DNA of 64,000 nt from Octopus vulgaris (taxonomy: Eukaryota), in contig OX597817.1 in the NCBI GenBank assembly GCA_951406725.2, positions 78,616,001 to 78,680,000 on the forward strand, in the 5' to 3' direction. Shown here piece by piece: positions 13,043-26,739 of the stretch. A program made the position numbers and the translations under genes. The notes beneath the pieces were generated by a model. That model had not been told where the DNA came from, searched no databases, and was given only the letters and a program-made list of their open reading frames with translations. How positions within the stretch are numbered: position 1 is the stretch's first letter; every line of letters begins with the position of its first letter.

Positions 13043-13280
13043 ATCATCATCATCATCGTCATCATTTAGCATCTGCTTTCCATGCTGGCATGGGTTAGAT
13101 GGTTTGACTGGAACTGGTAAACTGGAGAGCTGTACCTAGTTCCAGTCTGATTTGGTTTGATTTCTACGACTGGATACCTTTCTGATCCCAACTACTCCAT
13201 GAGAAGAATGTAGTGGGTGCCTTTTACATGTCACCAGAACCAGCCACAACTATAATTTCACTTGGCTTGATGGGTTTTTC
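13043..13280 (-). mobile_element. RTE-type 3' tail (family C)
   Basis: (CAT)n then the reverse complement of the family C tail. Confidence 0.7.
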
Positions 13281-13776
13281 AAATAACATAACATGATTTG
13301 GGGTACCCTAAATGACATAAAACGGTTTGAGGGTACCGACCACGCAATACTGAATTTCTAAGACACTTATTTTCTCTAAAGAGAAGTGACTGCTTCTAGC
13401 TCTTGCCTGCCACCAACTTACAAACATATAGGGAAGTGAGACACATTCATCCATACCAATTTTGCAACAATCACATATCTTTCAAAATATTTACTGAAGG
13501 GCAATGCCTTCACTCTCATTCTTCTCCTCAAGTGGTACTTGAAAAATTTGAAAAGTAATAACAAAAGCCTACTGAGTGAAAGAAATTAAGTATCAGCAGT
13601 GGGTCTTTGGAGTACAAAATGTTGGCGAAAAAAACAGGTCTTTATTTTCATCTCTTCTGGTTTCAATATGAGACACACACACTGACATCATATGTTTTCC
13701 ACTTAACACTGCCTGTCTTTGTTTGTGCATCTAATTCTCTATACACACACACATATATATACATATACATACATAT

Positions 13777-13831
<55 letters not shown>

Positions 13832-13843
13832 TATATGTGTATA

Positions 13844-13881
<38 letters not shown>

Positions 13882-14904
13882 CTTGTATGTATATATGTGT
13901 GTATATATATGTGTGTGTGTGTGTGTATAGCGAATATATATATATATATATATGTAAAAGCATATACAAACACATATGTCTATATATGTTAAGTATATAA
14001 CATTTTATTTTAAGTGAGAGAGAGAGAGAATCTCAATACAAATATATGTGGTGTTATATAAATACACTCTCCCTCAAACACACACATAAATACACACACA
14101 CACACCTATGCAAACAAATATTTTTTTGTTTGATTAACAGAGTAATCCCATGAGCAAGAACTATAGAATCAAAGCATCAGCCACACATCTGCCTCTCATA
14201 CCACTGCACTGATATTATTCATCTTATATGAACATTAACACACCCACACATATATGCACACTAACACACATTCACTACTATGTATGTGTCTATGTATATG
14301 TGTATATACATATGTATGTATATATATATATATATATGTGTGTGTGTATATATGTATATGTATATATATGTGTGCGTATATATCTAAAAGGAGCACTCCG
14401 TCGGTTATGACGATGAGGGTCTGAGCTGATATGATCAACGGAACAGATTGCTCATGAAATTAACATGCAAGTGGCCGAGCAATCCACAGACACATGTACC
14501 CCTAACGTAGTTCTCAAGGAGATTCAGCATGACACAGTGTGACAAGGCCAGCCCTTTGAAATGCAGGTACTACTCATTTTTGCTGAGTAAACTCACAACC
14601 TTACAATCGTGAGTCGAATGCCCTAACCACTAAGTCATGCGCCTTCACACACAAACACATACACACACACACACACACACACATACATATATAGGCATAC
14701 ATATATATGTAAAATATATGTATGCATGTACATATATCTGTGTATACATCATCATCATCCCCATCATCATTGTTTAGTGTCTGCTTTCCGTGCTGGCATG
14801 GGTTGGATGATTTGACTGAAACTGGTGAGATGGAGACCTGAACCAGGTTCTAATCCAATTTAGCATAGTTTCTATGGCTGGATACCCTTTCCAAATGCCA
14901 AGCA

Positions 14905-14948
<44 letters not shown>

Positions 14949-15179
14949 ATATATATATGATTATGTATATATACATATATATATATGTGTGTGCATGTAG
15001 AGAGAGAGAGAGAGATACATACATACATACATACATACACACATACATACATACATACATACATACATACATACATACATACATACATACATACATACAT
15101 ACATACATACCAACATATATACATACAGTGAAAAAGAAAACTCCATTACTGAACTAGTTCTTCACTTTACTTTTTTTTA

Positions 15180-15745
15180 TTGACATCCAAAAGGAGAAAG
15201 GGCAAAGATGACCCTAGCAGAATTTGACCTCGATACATAAAAATTCAGAAGAGATGTCGTAACATGTTTTATCCAATGTATTAATCCTTCTGCCTGCTTT
15301 TCAGAAATTCTTTCTAATTTCAGCACAAGGCCAGCAATTTGAGAGGATGGATAAATCGATTACACTGACTCCAGTACATGACTGGTACTTTATTCTCTGA
15401 AAAGAAAAGATGAAGTGCAAAGTTGACCTTGACAGGAATTGAACTCAGAACATAAAAAGCTAGAAGAAACGCTATGAAGCATTTTATCTGATGAACTCAA
15501 ACATTCTGACATCTCACCAACAAATATTACAAATTAAAAAAAAATTTTGTCATGAGACCAGCAATTTGAGAGGAAAGGTCAGTCGATTGTGTTACCCACA
15601 GTACTTGAACTGTTACTTTATTTCATCAGCCCTCCCAAAAAGATGGAAGGCATAGTTGGTGAGAACTGAACTAAGGGCATGGAACCTGGTAGAAGTGCCA
15701 CTAAGCATTTTGTCCAGCACACTCACAACACTGCCAGCACACCAC
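15180..15745 (-). mobile_element. Three tandem degenerate SINE family D copies
   Basis: Repeated CTGGTACT...GATGAA.GGCAAAGTTGACC...GAACTCAGAAC blocks. Confidence 0.7.
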
Positions 15746-16171
15746 TAATAAAATCACTAACATCTGCTTGATAAAATGAGATTGGATTTTCATAACTAGA
15801 ATGCTTTTGATAGTAGATCTGCTTGTTTAAAGCCAAGTTCAGGTTAGAAATAAACATACAAGTAATACAAGTTTGTGCAGCCAAACTATTTGTTTTTGTC
15901 AAAGGAAAGCTTTTTGTTAATGATCAGAAATTTGAATCGTAGTGGTAATGATATAATCATTACCAGATTATCATTGCCATGATTCTTGTCTACAATTAAG
16001 TAGCAATAAAAAACACTAGAGAAAAAAGACTATTTCATTCTATAAATAATACAAAGACAGACTTATAATATTGATGGAACTATGATGAACTTTCATAATC
16101 CATATATGTAGATGCATATATGTATTACTGAGTAAGCATATCAGTGTAGATTCACAACATACATACATACA

Positions 16172-16580
16172 TCCTCATCATCATCATTTAACATCCATCT
16201 TCCATGCTAGTATGGGCTGGACAATGTGACAGGAACCGTCTAGACTCCAATAAATATTTTAGCATGGATTCTACAGCTGGATGCATTTCCTAAAGCCAAC
16301 CACTATACAAAATATGCTGGGTGCTTTTTATGTGGCACTGACACTAGTGAATTTACAAAAACACTGGTATGAGTGCATGTTACACGGTGCCAGCACCTGC
16401 AAGACAAAGATCTTTCAGCTGGGAGAATGAATGGGAGCATGGCCATAAAGGACATGCCTCTATGTATGGATGGCCATGATTTTACTTAGCGTGGTGTGTC
16501 TTCTCAAGGTAAGCAAGTTACTACAGGTGCTGCTCCCTTGTCATCTCCTCAGTGAGGCCCACCACCTGAAGATCCTTTCT
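16172..16580 (-). mobile_element. RTE-like LINE 3' end (ORF C-terminus plus family C tail)
   Basis: Minus strand encodes RKDLQVVGLTEEMTRE followed by the family C tail and (GAT)n. Confidence 0.6.
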
Positions 16581-16809
16581 CTCTATCGTTTTCTCCATCA
16601 ACAAATCAGCTGCTGAGTTTGCACCTTCAGAAGCATGCAAAATAAAACATCCTTTTCTTTGAATTCAGAATTAAGGTTAGTGACAGGAGGGGCATCCAAA
16701 AGTAAAGTAATAATTTAATAATATATTTCTCCAATAATTTTTTTATGATTTGAACTAATTATTTTCATAATTCACTAAAAAATGCTTTCTTATATATATA
16801 CCTTTCACC

Positions 16810-17165
16810 TCTTACTATTTTTAATCATTAGGCTACAGCCATGCTTAGACACTACCTTCAAGAACATTAGTTTAATGAAGTGGAGCCAGTATTTATATTT
16901 TTTAAGTTATGGACACCTGTTGTCAAGCAGAGGTAGGACACAATCAGACACAAAGGCATATATACACACAGATGTGTGTGTGTGTGTGTGTTTGTGTGTA
17001 TGCAACAAGCTTCTTTCAGTTTCCAACTACCAAATCCACTGACATGGCTTTGGTTTGGCTAGGGCTATAGTAGAAAACACTTGCCCAAATTGCCATATGG
17101 TGGAACTGAACCTGGAGCCATGTAGTTGGGAAGCAGATTTCTTATCACACAGCAATGCCAACACC
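16810..17165 (-). mobile_element. SINE family A
   Basis: Head and tail around a (CA/TG)n core. Confidence 0.75.
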
Positions 17166-17239
17166 TATACATACAGTTTCTGTTGACTGAATCCACTCAA
17201 ACCTTTGGTCAGCCAGGGTTTATACATTCATACATACAT

Positions 17240-17720
17240 AAATGTTGCTATATGGTTGTGAAAAGGGGAAGAACTATAAACTAGACAAATAACATCTCTA
17301 TCAATGATTTGACTGTTTCCCCTATATCTCATGAGGGATGTTACTGGTATCTAGGGGTGGATGAAAGTATATTTTACAATGGCACCTGTAACAAAACACG
17401 TATCACTAAAGAATATTACAGCCGAATTAAGAAAATTTGGACCTCAGAACTCTCTGCATTCAATAAAACAGTGGCCCACAATGTATTTACAGTGCCAGTA
17501 CTCATACCAAGATTTGGGCTGCTTGTTTGGACTCTTGATGAGATTTGAGCCATTGATGTGAAAACCCAAAAAACACTAACAAGCACACACTGGAACTGTA
17601 AAGATCTGTAAAACTTTCCAGAAGTTTATCATTTAAATATATATGAGCATGTCAAGATATGCAACTATATGCATGAGAATACATACATAAAGCAAAACAT
17701 ACAACTCTGCACATACATAC
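17240..17720 (+). mobile_element. R4/Dong-type LINE, internally deleted (RT thumb, ORF end, 3' UTR)
   Basis: CYWYLGVDES...KEYYSRIKKIWTSELSAFNKTVAHNVFTVPVLIPRFGLLVWTLDEI*AIDVKTQKTLT then GTVKICKTFQKF; a 3' UTR homologue lies at ~59870-60095. Confidence 0.75.
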
Positions 17721-17846
17721 ATACATACATACATACATACAGACAGACAGACAGACAGACATAAATACATACATACTTAAAAACATACATACATTCATTG
17801 CCCCAGCATGGCCACAACCTTAGGGCTGAAACATATAAAAGAATAA

Positions 17847-17889
<43 letters not shown>

Positions 17890-17891
<2 letters not shown>

Positions 17892-18150
17892 GGTGCGTGA
17901 CTTAGTGGTTAGGGTGTCAGCATCATGATCATAAGATTGAGGTTTTGATTCCTGGACCGGGCGATGCATTGTGTTCTTGAACAAAACACTTCATTTCACG
18001 TTACTCCAGTCCACGCGGCTGGCAAAAATGAGAGACGCTGCAATGGACTGGCGTCCCATTCAGCTAGGGAACACATACGCCATAGAAACCAGTAAACCGG
18101 ACCCATGAGCCTGGGTAGGCTTTAAAAGGGCGCATTTATTTATTTTATTT
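17890..18150 (+). mobile_element. SINE family B
   Basis: Full head-to-tail match to the other family B copies. Confidence 0.85.
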
Positions 18151-18164
18151 TATATATATATATA

Positions 18165-18423
18165 TATGTCGGTGACACGTAAAAGCACCAACCAATCGTG
18201 GCCGTTTGCCAGCCTGCGCTGGCTCCTGTGCCGGTGGCATGTAAAAACACCCACTACACTCACAGAGTGGTTGGTGTTAGGAAGGGCATCCATCTGTAGA
18301 AACACTGCCAAATCAGACTGGAGCCTGGTGCAGTCTCCATAGCTTACCAGACCCCGATCGAACCATCCAACCCATGCTAGCATGGAAAACGGGCGTTAAA
18401 TGATGATGATGATGATGATGATG
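18165..18423 (+). mobile_element. RTE-type 3' tail (family C)
   Basis: Family C consensus ending in (GAT)n. Confidence 0.8.
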
Positions 18424-19312
18424 TATATACACACACATATTGGTATACAAGGTATATATATCAACTGATGTATATGATTTGAGGGATGGATGATGAGATT
18501 ATAACTTAGAAGACAGCTGAGAGCTCCTATGAGACAACTTAGTTAGGACAATAGGTCAGACTTTAGGTTAGTGCAAGGCCACAGCTTAACAAAATATGAG
18601 AGAAGTGAAAATGAAGACAGTTAGGGAAAAATGGCTGAAAGGAAACACCAAATTGTAAAATTATGTAGCCATATGAGAATCCAGATATTGGGTAAATTTG
18701 ATCAGGTCTTACCTGGGGTTAAACAATACTAAAAACAGCAATAATTAGTCAATGCTTCATGTTTATTGACCTGAAAAAAAAAAGATTTTGACCACAAACA
18801 CACATAAAAATGATATGTATGTGTAAAGCTTATAAACATATAGAAAAATATGTGCATAGAAAATATTTATGGAATCATAAAAAAGAATATATAAACAAAC
18901 TGTATAAGTAAACATAAGAATATTACAGATTAAGCAAAGAAAAAAAATAGCATGAACAAAAATGAAATGAAAAATGAGTAGAAAAATATATAAAATAAGA
19001 ACAGTTTAAAAAGCATAGAAGAGGTAAAAAAAAAATAATTGAAATAAACACAAAAAGAAATAAAAAAATTCATGTAGAAAAAAGAGGAAAATTATAGAAA
19101 AACATTTAAAAATACAGAGATAAGTGTATTGAAAGAAAATTATAGAAATGAAAAGCAAATTAAAATGAAAAAAATGAGGAGAGTTAACCATGAAAAGAAA
19201 GGAAAAACAATGAAAAAGAACAGAAAAATCAAAGACGAAAAAGTATTTTAAAAAATGTAAAATAATTATTAGAGAAGCATAGAAAGGTAGAGTAAAAAAG
19301 CTAATAGAATGA

Positions 19313-19348
19313 CGATTATGATGATGATGATGATGATGATGATGATAC

Positions 19349-19411
<63 letters not shown>

Positions 19412-19598
19412 TAATAATAATAATAATAAAATGAAGAAGAAGAAGGAGAAGAAGAAGGAGAAGAAGAAGAAGAAGAAGAAGAAGAAGAAGAAGAAGAAGA
19501 AGAAGAAGAAGAAGAAGAAGAAGAAGAAGAAGAAGAAGAAGAAGAAAAATGGTAAAAAAATATATTCTGTATCTGCAATTTATATATACATACATACA

Positions 19599-19632
<34 letters not shown>
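19313..19632. repeat. Compound (GAT)n-(TAA)n-(GAA)n-(CATA)n microsatellite
   Basis: Directly visible. Confidence 0.95.
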
Positions 19633-19634
<2 letters not shown>

Positions 19635-19960
19635 TTGCAGATAGAGAATAACAAGAAAAATAAAAAGATCTTGGATATAAAACACTACATTGATGTATGG
19701 TATTTTCGGCAATGAATCAAATTGAGATTAAAGAAATGCTTAGTGAGTGGAGAAAATGGTAGATGTAATTTCATTTAAAAGCTCATTCTGAAATTTGCTT
19801 GGATGAGAGGAAACAATTACTGCTTTTAGGCGGAAGGAATATTCAATGTTTGAATTCATGTAACATATTGTATATTTGTATGCACTATATGTATATATAA
19901 CATATATGTATATGTATATAAATATACGTGTGTGTGTGTGTATGTATCTATCTATCTATC

Positions 19961-20029
<69 letters not shown>

Positions 20030-20139
20030 ACATATATATACATATATATATATGTATATATATATATAACATATATATATGTATATATATACATATATAT
20101 ATGTATATATATGTATATATATATGTATATATGTGTATA

Positions 20140-20201
<62 letters not shown>

Positions 20202-20536
20202 AATATATATGCATATACACAACATCATCATTCAACATCAGCTTTCTATGTTGGGATCGCTTTGGAAGGCTTGACAGTAACTGGCAGGCCAAGAGCTGCA
20301 TCAGATTCCACAGTCTGTTTTTTGCTTAGTTTCTACAGTTAGATGCCCTGCCTAATACCAGCTTCTTTTCAGGACATACTCAATGCTTTGTATAGTGCCA
20401 TAACCAGTGCTTTCATTACATGGTACTTTGGTGTGTATGTGTGTATATATATATACTTCAAATTTATGGAGAATAAAAGACAAAGGTGAATCAACAAGCT
20501 GGTGTATTAGTTTAAAGGTCAGGAGGAATGGAGAAG

Positions 20537-20573
20537 CTTTTGACGCTTTGAGCCTATGATCTTCGACAGAAAG
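20537..20573 (-). ncRNA. Degenerate minimal hammerhead-like motif in a PLE-derived repeat
   Basis: Minus strand CTTT-CTGTCGA-AGATC-ATAG-GCTC-AAAGC-GTC-AAAAG; homologous to 49001-49039, core mutated. Confidence 0.4.
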
Positions 20574-20713
20574 AATTGTGCGGGAAAAAATGGTGGGAGA
20601 AAAATGTGTAAGGATTAACAGTTCAACATGATGACATATATGTATATACATATATACTTTGATACGTTTTGGTCAGTATTGGCCCAGGCCATGTCTAACT
20701 TAATAGCACCAGC

Positions 20714-20761
<48 letters not shown>

Positions 20762-20781
20762 TGTATGTATGTATGTATGTA

Positions 20782-20812
<31 letters not shown>

Positions 20813-21473
20813 ATGTATGTATGTATGTATGTATGTATATATATTGCATATACACACATAGGTATATATTTCTATATACTTACACAAAAACATATATGAA
20901 ATACTATACAATCTAAATTCTTGATTTTTAAAAATTTCTCTGCCTCTTATGAAATTGCAATTGAAGCCTGCTCTATATGAGAATCAAGAATCTTCGAAAT
21001 TTCACATGGCATTAAGAAAAAATACGTGCTTACTGTCTTGAGATAAGAGGATACTCTGGAACTCATGTTTCTGCCTCAATAAGTGTCATCAACATAAAAG
21101 TTTTCCTGTTCTATCTCTAACAGCCAAGCTTCATTGGTATTTGAAAAAAAGAGTAGAAGACATATGAGTTAAGAGAACTAATTGATATAGGAGCCAGTAA
21201 CATCTATATGAATAATATAGACAAATGCAGATATGTCAAATAACCTACACCATAATTCCTTGATTTATTAACATCATCACAGAGTCTAAAACAATGGTTT
21301 TTAACCATTTTTTACCTATGGACCCTCCAAGAGTGTAATGGGTGCTTTTTACATGCCACTGGCATGCTTGAATGGTGGTTATTACATGCCACCATCACAG
21401 CTGCCAGTCAGGTGGCATTGGCATCAGCCACAACTGTAATTTCTATTTTGATTTCGATTTTGATTGGATTTTG

Positions 21474-21604
<131 letters not shown>

Positions 21605-21828
21605 TTATTTATATATAAATTAATATGTTCAATAATAAATAATTATTTTCGAAATTTTTTCTCTTATGAGGTTTTTACGCTATCTACCTGACAATTTCTT
21701 GTTAAGTTCTCCTTATTAAGTAGTTGTCCTTAATTGCTATATACATATATATATATATGTATATGTATGTATATATATATATATATATATAAAATATATA
21801 TATATATGCATATATATAGACATACATG

Positions 21829-21895
<67 letters not shown>

Positions 21896-21944
21896 GTAGC
21901 ACATGTCCATACATGCTTATATATATATTGATTAATTTCTCCTA

Positions 21945-22171
21945 TTCTTTTATTCTTATACTTGTTTCAGTCATTTTGTCTGCGACCATGCTGGAGCACT
22001 ACCTTAAAGAGTTTTAGTTGAAGAAATCGATCCCAGGACTTATTTTTTCAAGCCTATCACTTATTGTATCAGTCTCATTTTGCTGAACCCTTAAGTTATG
22101 GGGACATAAACTCACCAACACCAGTTGTCAAGGAGTGAAATGGAGACAGACACAGACACAAAGACACATAC

Positions 22172-22204
<33 letters not shown>

Positions 22205-22340
22205 GGTTTTCTTTCAGTTCCCATCTATCAAATCCTCTCACAAGGCTTTGGTTGGACTGAGGCTACAGTAGAAGACATTTGCCCAAGATGCAATGCAGTG
22301 GGACTGAACCCAGAATCATATGGTTGAGAAGCAAGCTTCT
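21945..22340 (-). mobile_element. SINE family A, full length
   Basis: Head 22200-22340, (TA)n, tail 21945-22170. Confidence 0.85.
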
Positions 22341-22635
22341 TACCAGACAACCATGCTTGTGGGCTAAGAAAGGAGAGCAAATCAGATTAACTTTATTAAT
22401 TCATTATTTACACATGTTTCAGTAAGCCATTTACATCTATTACTCAATATGTTGTGCAATATCACCTTAGTGATATTACACAACATAAGTGTGTCAATAA
22501 CCAGCTGGAGGAGATGTCTTCCTGTGGCTACAACCTACAGTAGCATCAACCCTTAAGGGTTAGCTACATTTAAGTGGCAAATATACTTCACGATTGCTTA
22601 TATACATACATACATATATATATATAATTTTTTAA

Positions 22636-23039
22636 TTAAGCAGAAAATGGAGAAAATTCTTGAGCAACAAACAAATTAACTATCATCAATTATTATTTTT
22701 TAACACAAAACTTTATCATTTCCAACAGCCATTCTGCTTCCAATGTCCATCAGTGCTGGCAAAAAAATTCTGAGAATAATATTCATCATATTCTGTTGCA
22801 CATCCGATCTGGTACATGGATCTTCATCAGAGTGAAGAAAAATACATAAAGCTCCATGTACCAGATCGAATGTGCAACAGAATATGACAAATATTGTTCT
22901 CAGAATTTTCTTTGGCAGTGCTGACTGACATTGGAAGGGGAAACGGCTGTTAGAAACAATAAAATTTTGTATTAAAAAATAATAATCGATGGTAGTCAAT
23001 TTGTTTGTTGATCAAGAATTTTCTCCATTTTCTGCTTAA
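22636..23039. repeat. ~185-bp imperfect inverted repeat, probably an inverted Penelope-like terminal repeat
   Basis: Arms 22636-22820 and 22853-23039; the 32-bp spacer contains CTGATGA on the minus strand. Confidence 0.75.
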
Positions 23040-23353
23040 CTTAAATTTGATTCATGATAAAATCTTGTTTATTTTGTTATTGCCTGTATCCTATGAGCAC
23101 CCAGGGTAATTTATACCAGTAGTAAAAATGGATATTCTTATATTCTTATCCCTTAGACAGTTATTCCAACCGCTAACTCTACTAACCTATATATATATAT
23201 AGGTATGTTGATGCAAACAGGAAAAATAGAACTTAAAATATGAGTATAAGTATATTTTTATTATTCTTTTGCTGAAGTAACAGAGTGACTCAAGGTCCTG
23301 GACTTTTTGTAATCTGTTACTTCTGCTAAATATTGATAAAGGAATATGTATAT

Positions 23354-23405
<52 letters not shown>

Positions 23406-23526
23406 GTATTTATGTATGTATTTGTGTGTCTGTGTTTGTCCCCCACCTTCACTTGTTGGTCCCTGTAACTTCGTGGTTCAGCAAAAGATACTGATAGAAT
23501 AAGTACACGGTTTACGAAGAATAAAA

Positions 23527-23562
<36 letters not shown>

Positions 23563-24129
23563 TTTCTCTCTACCAAATCCACTTACAAGGCTTTGGTTGA
23601 CCCAAGAGTATAGAAGAAGACACTTGCCCAAAGTGCCATGCAGTGGGACTGAAACTGGAACCATGTGGTTTGGAAGCAAGCTTCTTACCACACAGTCATC
23701 ACCATCATCATCATTTGACAACATCCATTTTCTATGCTGGCTTGCATGGATTGGATGGTTTGACAACTATCCAATGAATCAAGGCCTGCACAGTAGTCCA
23801 GTGTCTACTTTAGTCTAATTTCCAAGACTGGCTGCCCTCCTTAATCCCAACCACTTTACAGTGTGCACTGGGTGCACTTTTCAAGCCACCAGCCCTATTG
23901 AGCTCATGCACAAATACATGCATACATATTTGTTTGCATACCTGCATCTTTTTTACTCTTTTACTTTTTTTATTTGTTTCAGCCATTTGACTTTTAGTAA
24001 CCTGAACTGATATGTATTATCTGAATTTCAGATTATCATCATAAAATCTCAAGGACACATTAACATTTAATTAGCCATGCTTTGTTTAATCCGAGTGATA
24101 CCAATGTGATTACTTTTATTTAACATAAA

Positions 24130-24447
24130 AACGTCACCCTTTTCAAGCCTAGCCAGACTCATGGGCTCGTTTCCTGATTTCCCAGTTTCTGTGGCATATG
24201 TGTTCCCCCCAGCTGGACAGGACGCCAGTCCATTGCAACGTTACTCAAGAAACAAGAAGAGAGAGTGAGAGAAAGTTGTGGTGAAAGAGTATAACATGGG
24301 TCACTACCACCCCCTGCTGGAGCCTTGTGGAGCTTTTCTAGGTGTTTTTGCTCAATAAACACACACAATGCCCGGTCTGGGAATTGAAACCACGATCCTC
24401 CGACCACGAGTCCACTGCCCTAACCACTTGGCCATTGCGCCTCCATG
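24130..24447 (-). mobile_element. SINE family B long variant
   Basis: GGAGGCGCAATGGCCAAGTGGTTAGGGC head; matches 63708-64000. Confidence 0.85.
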
Positions 24448-25143
24448 TGCCTTATATTTATAACGATCAAAAGTTAATTCAGTTTACTGAACGACATATA
24501 AGTAAATTACATGAAAGATGTGTAACTGACAGCGATATAACTATCATATCTTTTGCTTGCAGCTATGCAAAACTTTGCTCATCATTCTGTCTGCTAGGTT
24601 GATTTAAGCAGTGTTAGAATAATTGCAATTCATAAAAATGAATAACATATTCAAAGTGGTTTAAAAACATGCGCGAAGTCAATAGTGTCTTTATCTGTCT
24701 ACTACCTTATTTCAAGAACATGATTTTTATTTATTTATTTATTTATTTATTTGTGATGCTTTAACTTAACAGTGAAAGGAAAGCAAACATCATTGAAATT
24801 TTGACAGATAAAAAGATGTTACAGCATAGTGAATGAAAAGACATCAAAGATTGGATAAGATTAAAAAACATTTGGTCAACGAAATAACATTCAGTTCTCT
24901 CTATGCATACTTACCGATTATTTAGTCATTTATGGATTTTTTAAAAATATATAATTATTTTCAATCTGTCTTCCTTTGTTTATGATCTGATCATTTATCT
25001 AAAACAAATTGTTCACTGGGCATTCTTGTTTGAATAATTGTGACTTGATTCTGTGTTCATGTATACATCCATCCATCCATACACACTTACACACACATAT
25101 GTATGTGTGTATGTATATATGTGTGTGTATCTGTGTGTATTTA

Positions 25144-25193
<50 letters not shown>

Positions 25194-25360
25194 CATATAT
25201 ATATACATACACACACATATATATACATATACATATGTGAAACTCTGAGTAACAGGTTTTGTTGAATTTCTGCTGCTTTTAAATAAAGCATATTACTCTA
25301 CCCCTGGTATTTGAGTACTCTTTTTTTCCACCTTGTTTCATATTTATGTGTTTACTCTGG

Positions 25361-25394
<34 letters not shown>

Positions 25395-25417
25395 TGGAAA
25401 ACGGACGCTAAATGATG

Positions 25418-25454
<37 letters not shown>

Positions 25455-25477
25455 AAAACGGACGCTAAATGATGATG

Positions 25478-25518
<41 letters not shown>

Positions 25519-25668
25519 TATATTACTGTTTATGACATATAATTCGACAGAATATTATTGTTGGTTTCATGTTGACGATTGCACCTAGGCAATATTACTT
25601 AGGTGCAGTAGTTGGTGTGAAACCAATGGTAATATCCTAATCAGTTATGTGTCATAAGCAGCAATATA
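25519..25668. repeat. ~150-bp near-perfect palindrome
   Basis: Arms meet at CAAT/ATTA with no loop spacer. Confidence 0.85.
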
Positions 25669-25669
25669 T

Positions 25670-25800
25670 TGCGTGATGGAGGTCAACAGGTGGATATTGT
25701 TGATACTGATAGAAATGTCAAGAAAATTAATGGAGGCAATGGATAGAGTAAATGTAAATTTAAAACTGGAGAGAAAAGAGTCAATAGGAGATGAACCTAT
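25670..25800 (-). mobile_element. Penelope-like reverse transcriptase remnant
   Basis: FLSSFKFTFTLSIASINFLDISISINNIHLLTSI matches the PLE RT segment KFT...NFLD...TS. Confidence 0.65.
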
Positions 25801-26204
25801 CCGGTGTGATGGTGGTAGCTTAGGTACAGTCATCATCACAATAATTGTACATCACTAATGTAGGTCTTGTCAATTTGGGAAAGATTTGTTCCTATCTGAG
25901 TTTATGGACTGGGGAGATGTCACTGCGAGGGGTGACTGTCAAAAGTTTTGAAACCACTCAGATGTATGCAATGTGGGGAAGTTCGTTTTTATTAGACTTG
26001 AACTTCTGCTTCACCAAATGTGTAAAAAATATTTTGGGTACTAAGGAAGTAGTTTCTGTATTCATATCAGTTCTGAACATTCTTGATTCTCTGATTTACA
26101 AATATATTTACACACACACACACACGTGCATGCATACATACACACATACATTCACATACACTCATACACACTCACACACACACATATATATGTATGTATG
26201 CTTG

Positions 26205-26510
26205 TATTGAAAAGAATGTGTGGTGTTCGATCATATAATAATATAAATAATATATATATATGCATATATACATACATATATGTACATACCTACATTTATA
26301 TGTATATATAGATGCATATATGGGTACAGGACATAAAACGTTGAACACAATGAGAAAAGAAAACATAAAAACAAAAACATGGAAACGAACTTTTTTTCAA
26401 ACAATGAAAAAACAGGGTACAAGACATGCAACACAAGGAATATTCCTCTTCTTCAGTTGTCCCTGTTTCATTTACTCCACGTTTTGAAGGTATGGACAAG
26501 ACGCGACTTC
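26205..26510 (+). mobile_element. Interspersed repeat, inverted copy at ~40825-41090
   Basis: Shared GATCATAT...GGGTACAGGACA...ATGGAAACG.ACTTTTTTTCAAACAATGAAAAAACAG.GTACAAGACATGCAACACAAGGAA. Confidence 0.8.
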
Positions 26511-26739
26511 CCATATATGTGCACATATATGTATAAATACATATATGTGCATATATGCTTGTATGTATGTATGTATGTATGCATGCATGTATGTATGTAT
26601 GCATGTATGTATGCATGTATATATGTATGTATGAAGAATGTCATAAATATTAAAGATTATGAATATTTCTAGATAAAGAGTGAGAAAAGAGTAGTCTTGA
26701 AAGGAAGAAAAATGAAAATTTGAAAGGAAAACTCACAAA

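Noticed and set aside
26440-26500. Permuted hammerhead (AAAAC..GTA upstream of CTGAAGA on the minus strand)
   Set aside because: Stem I does not pair and box 2 is mutated
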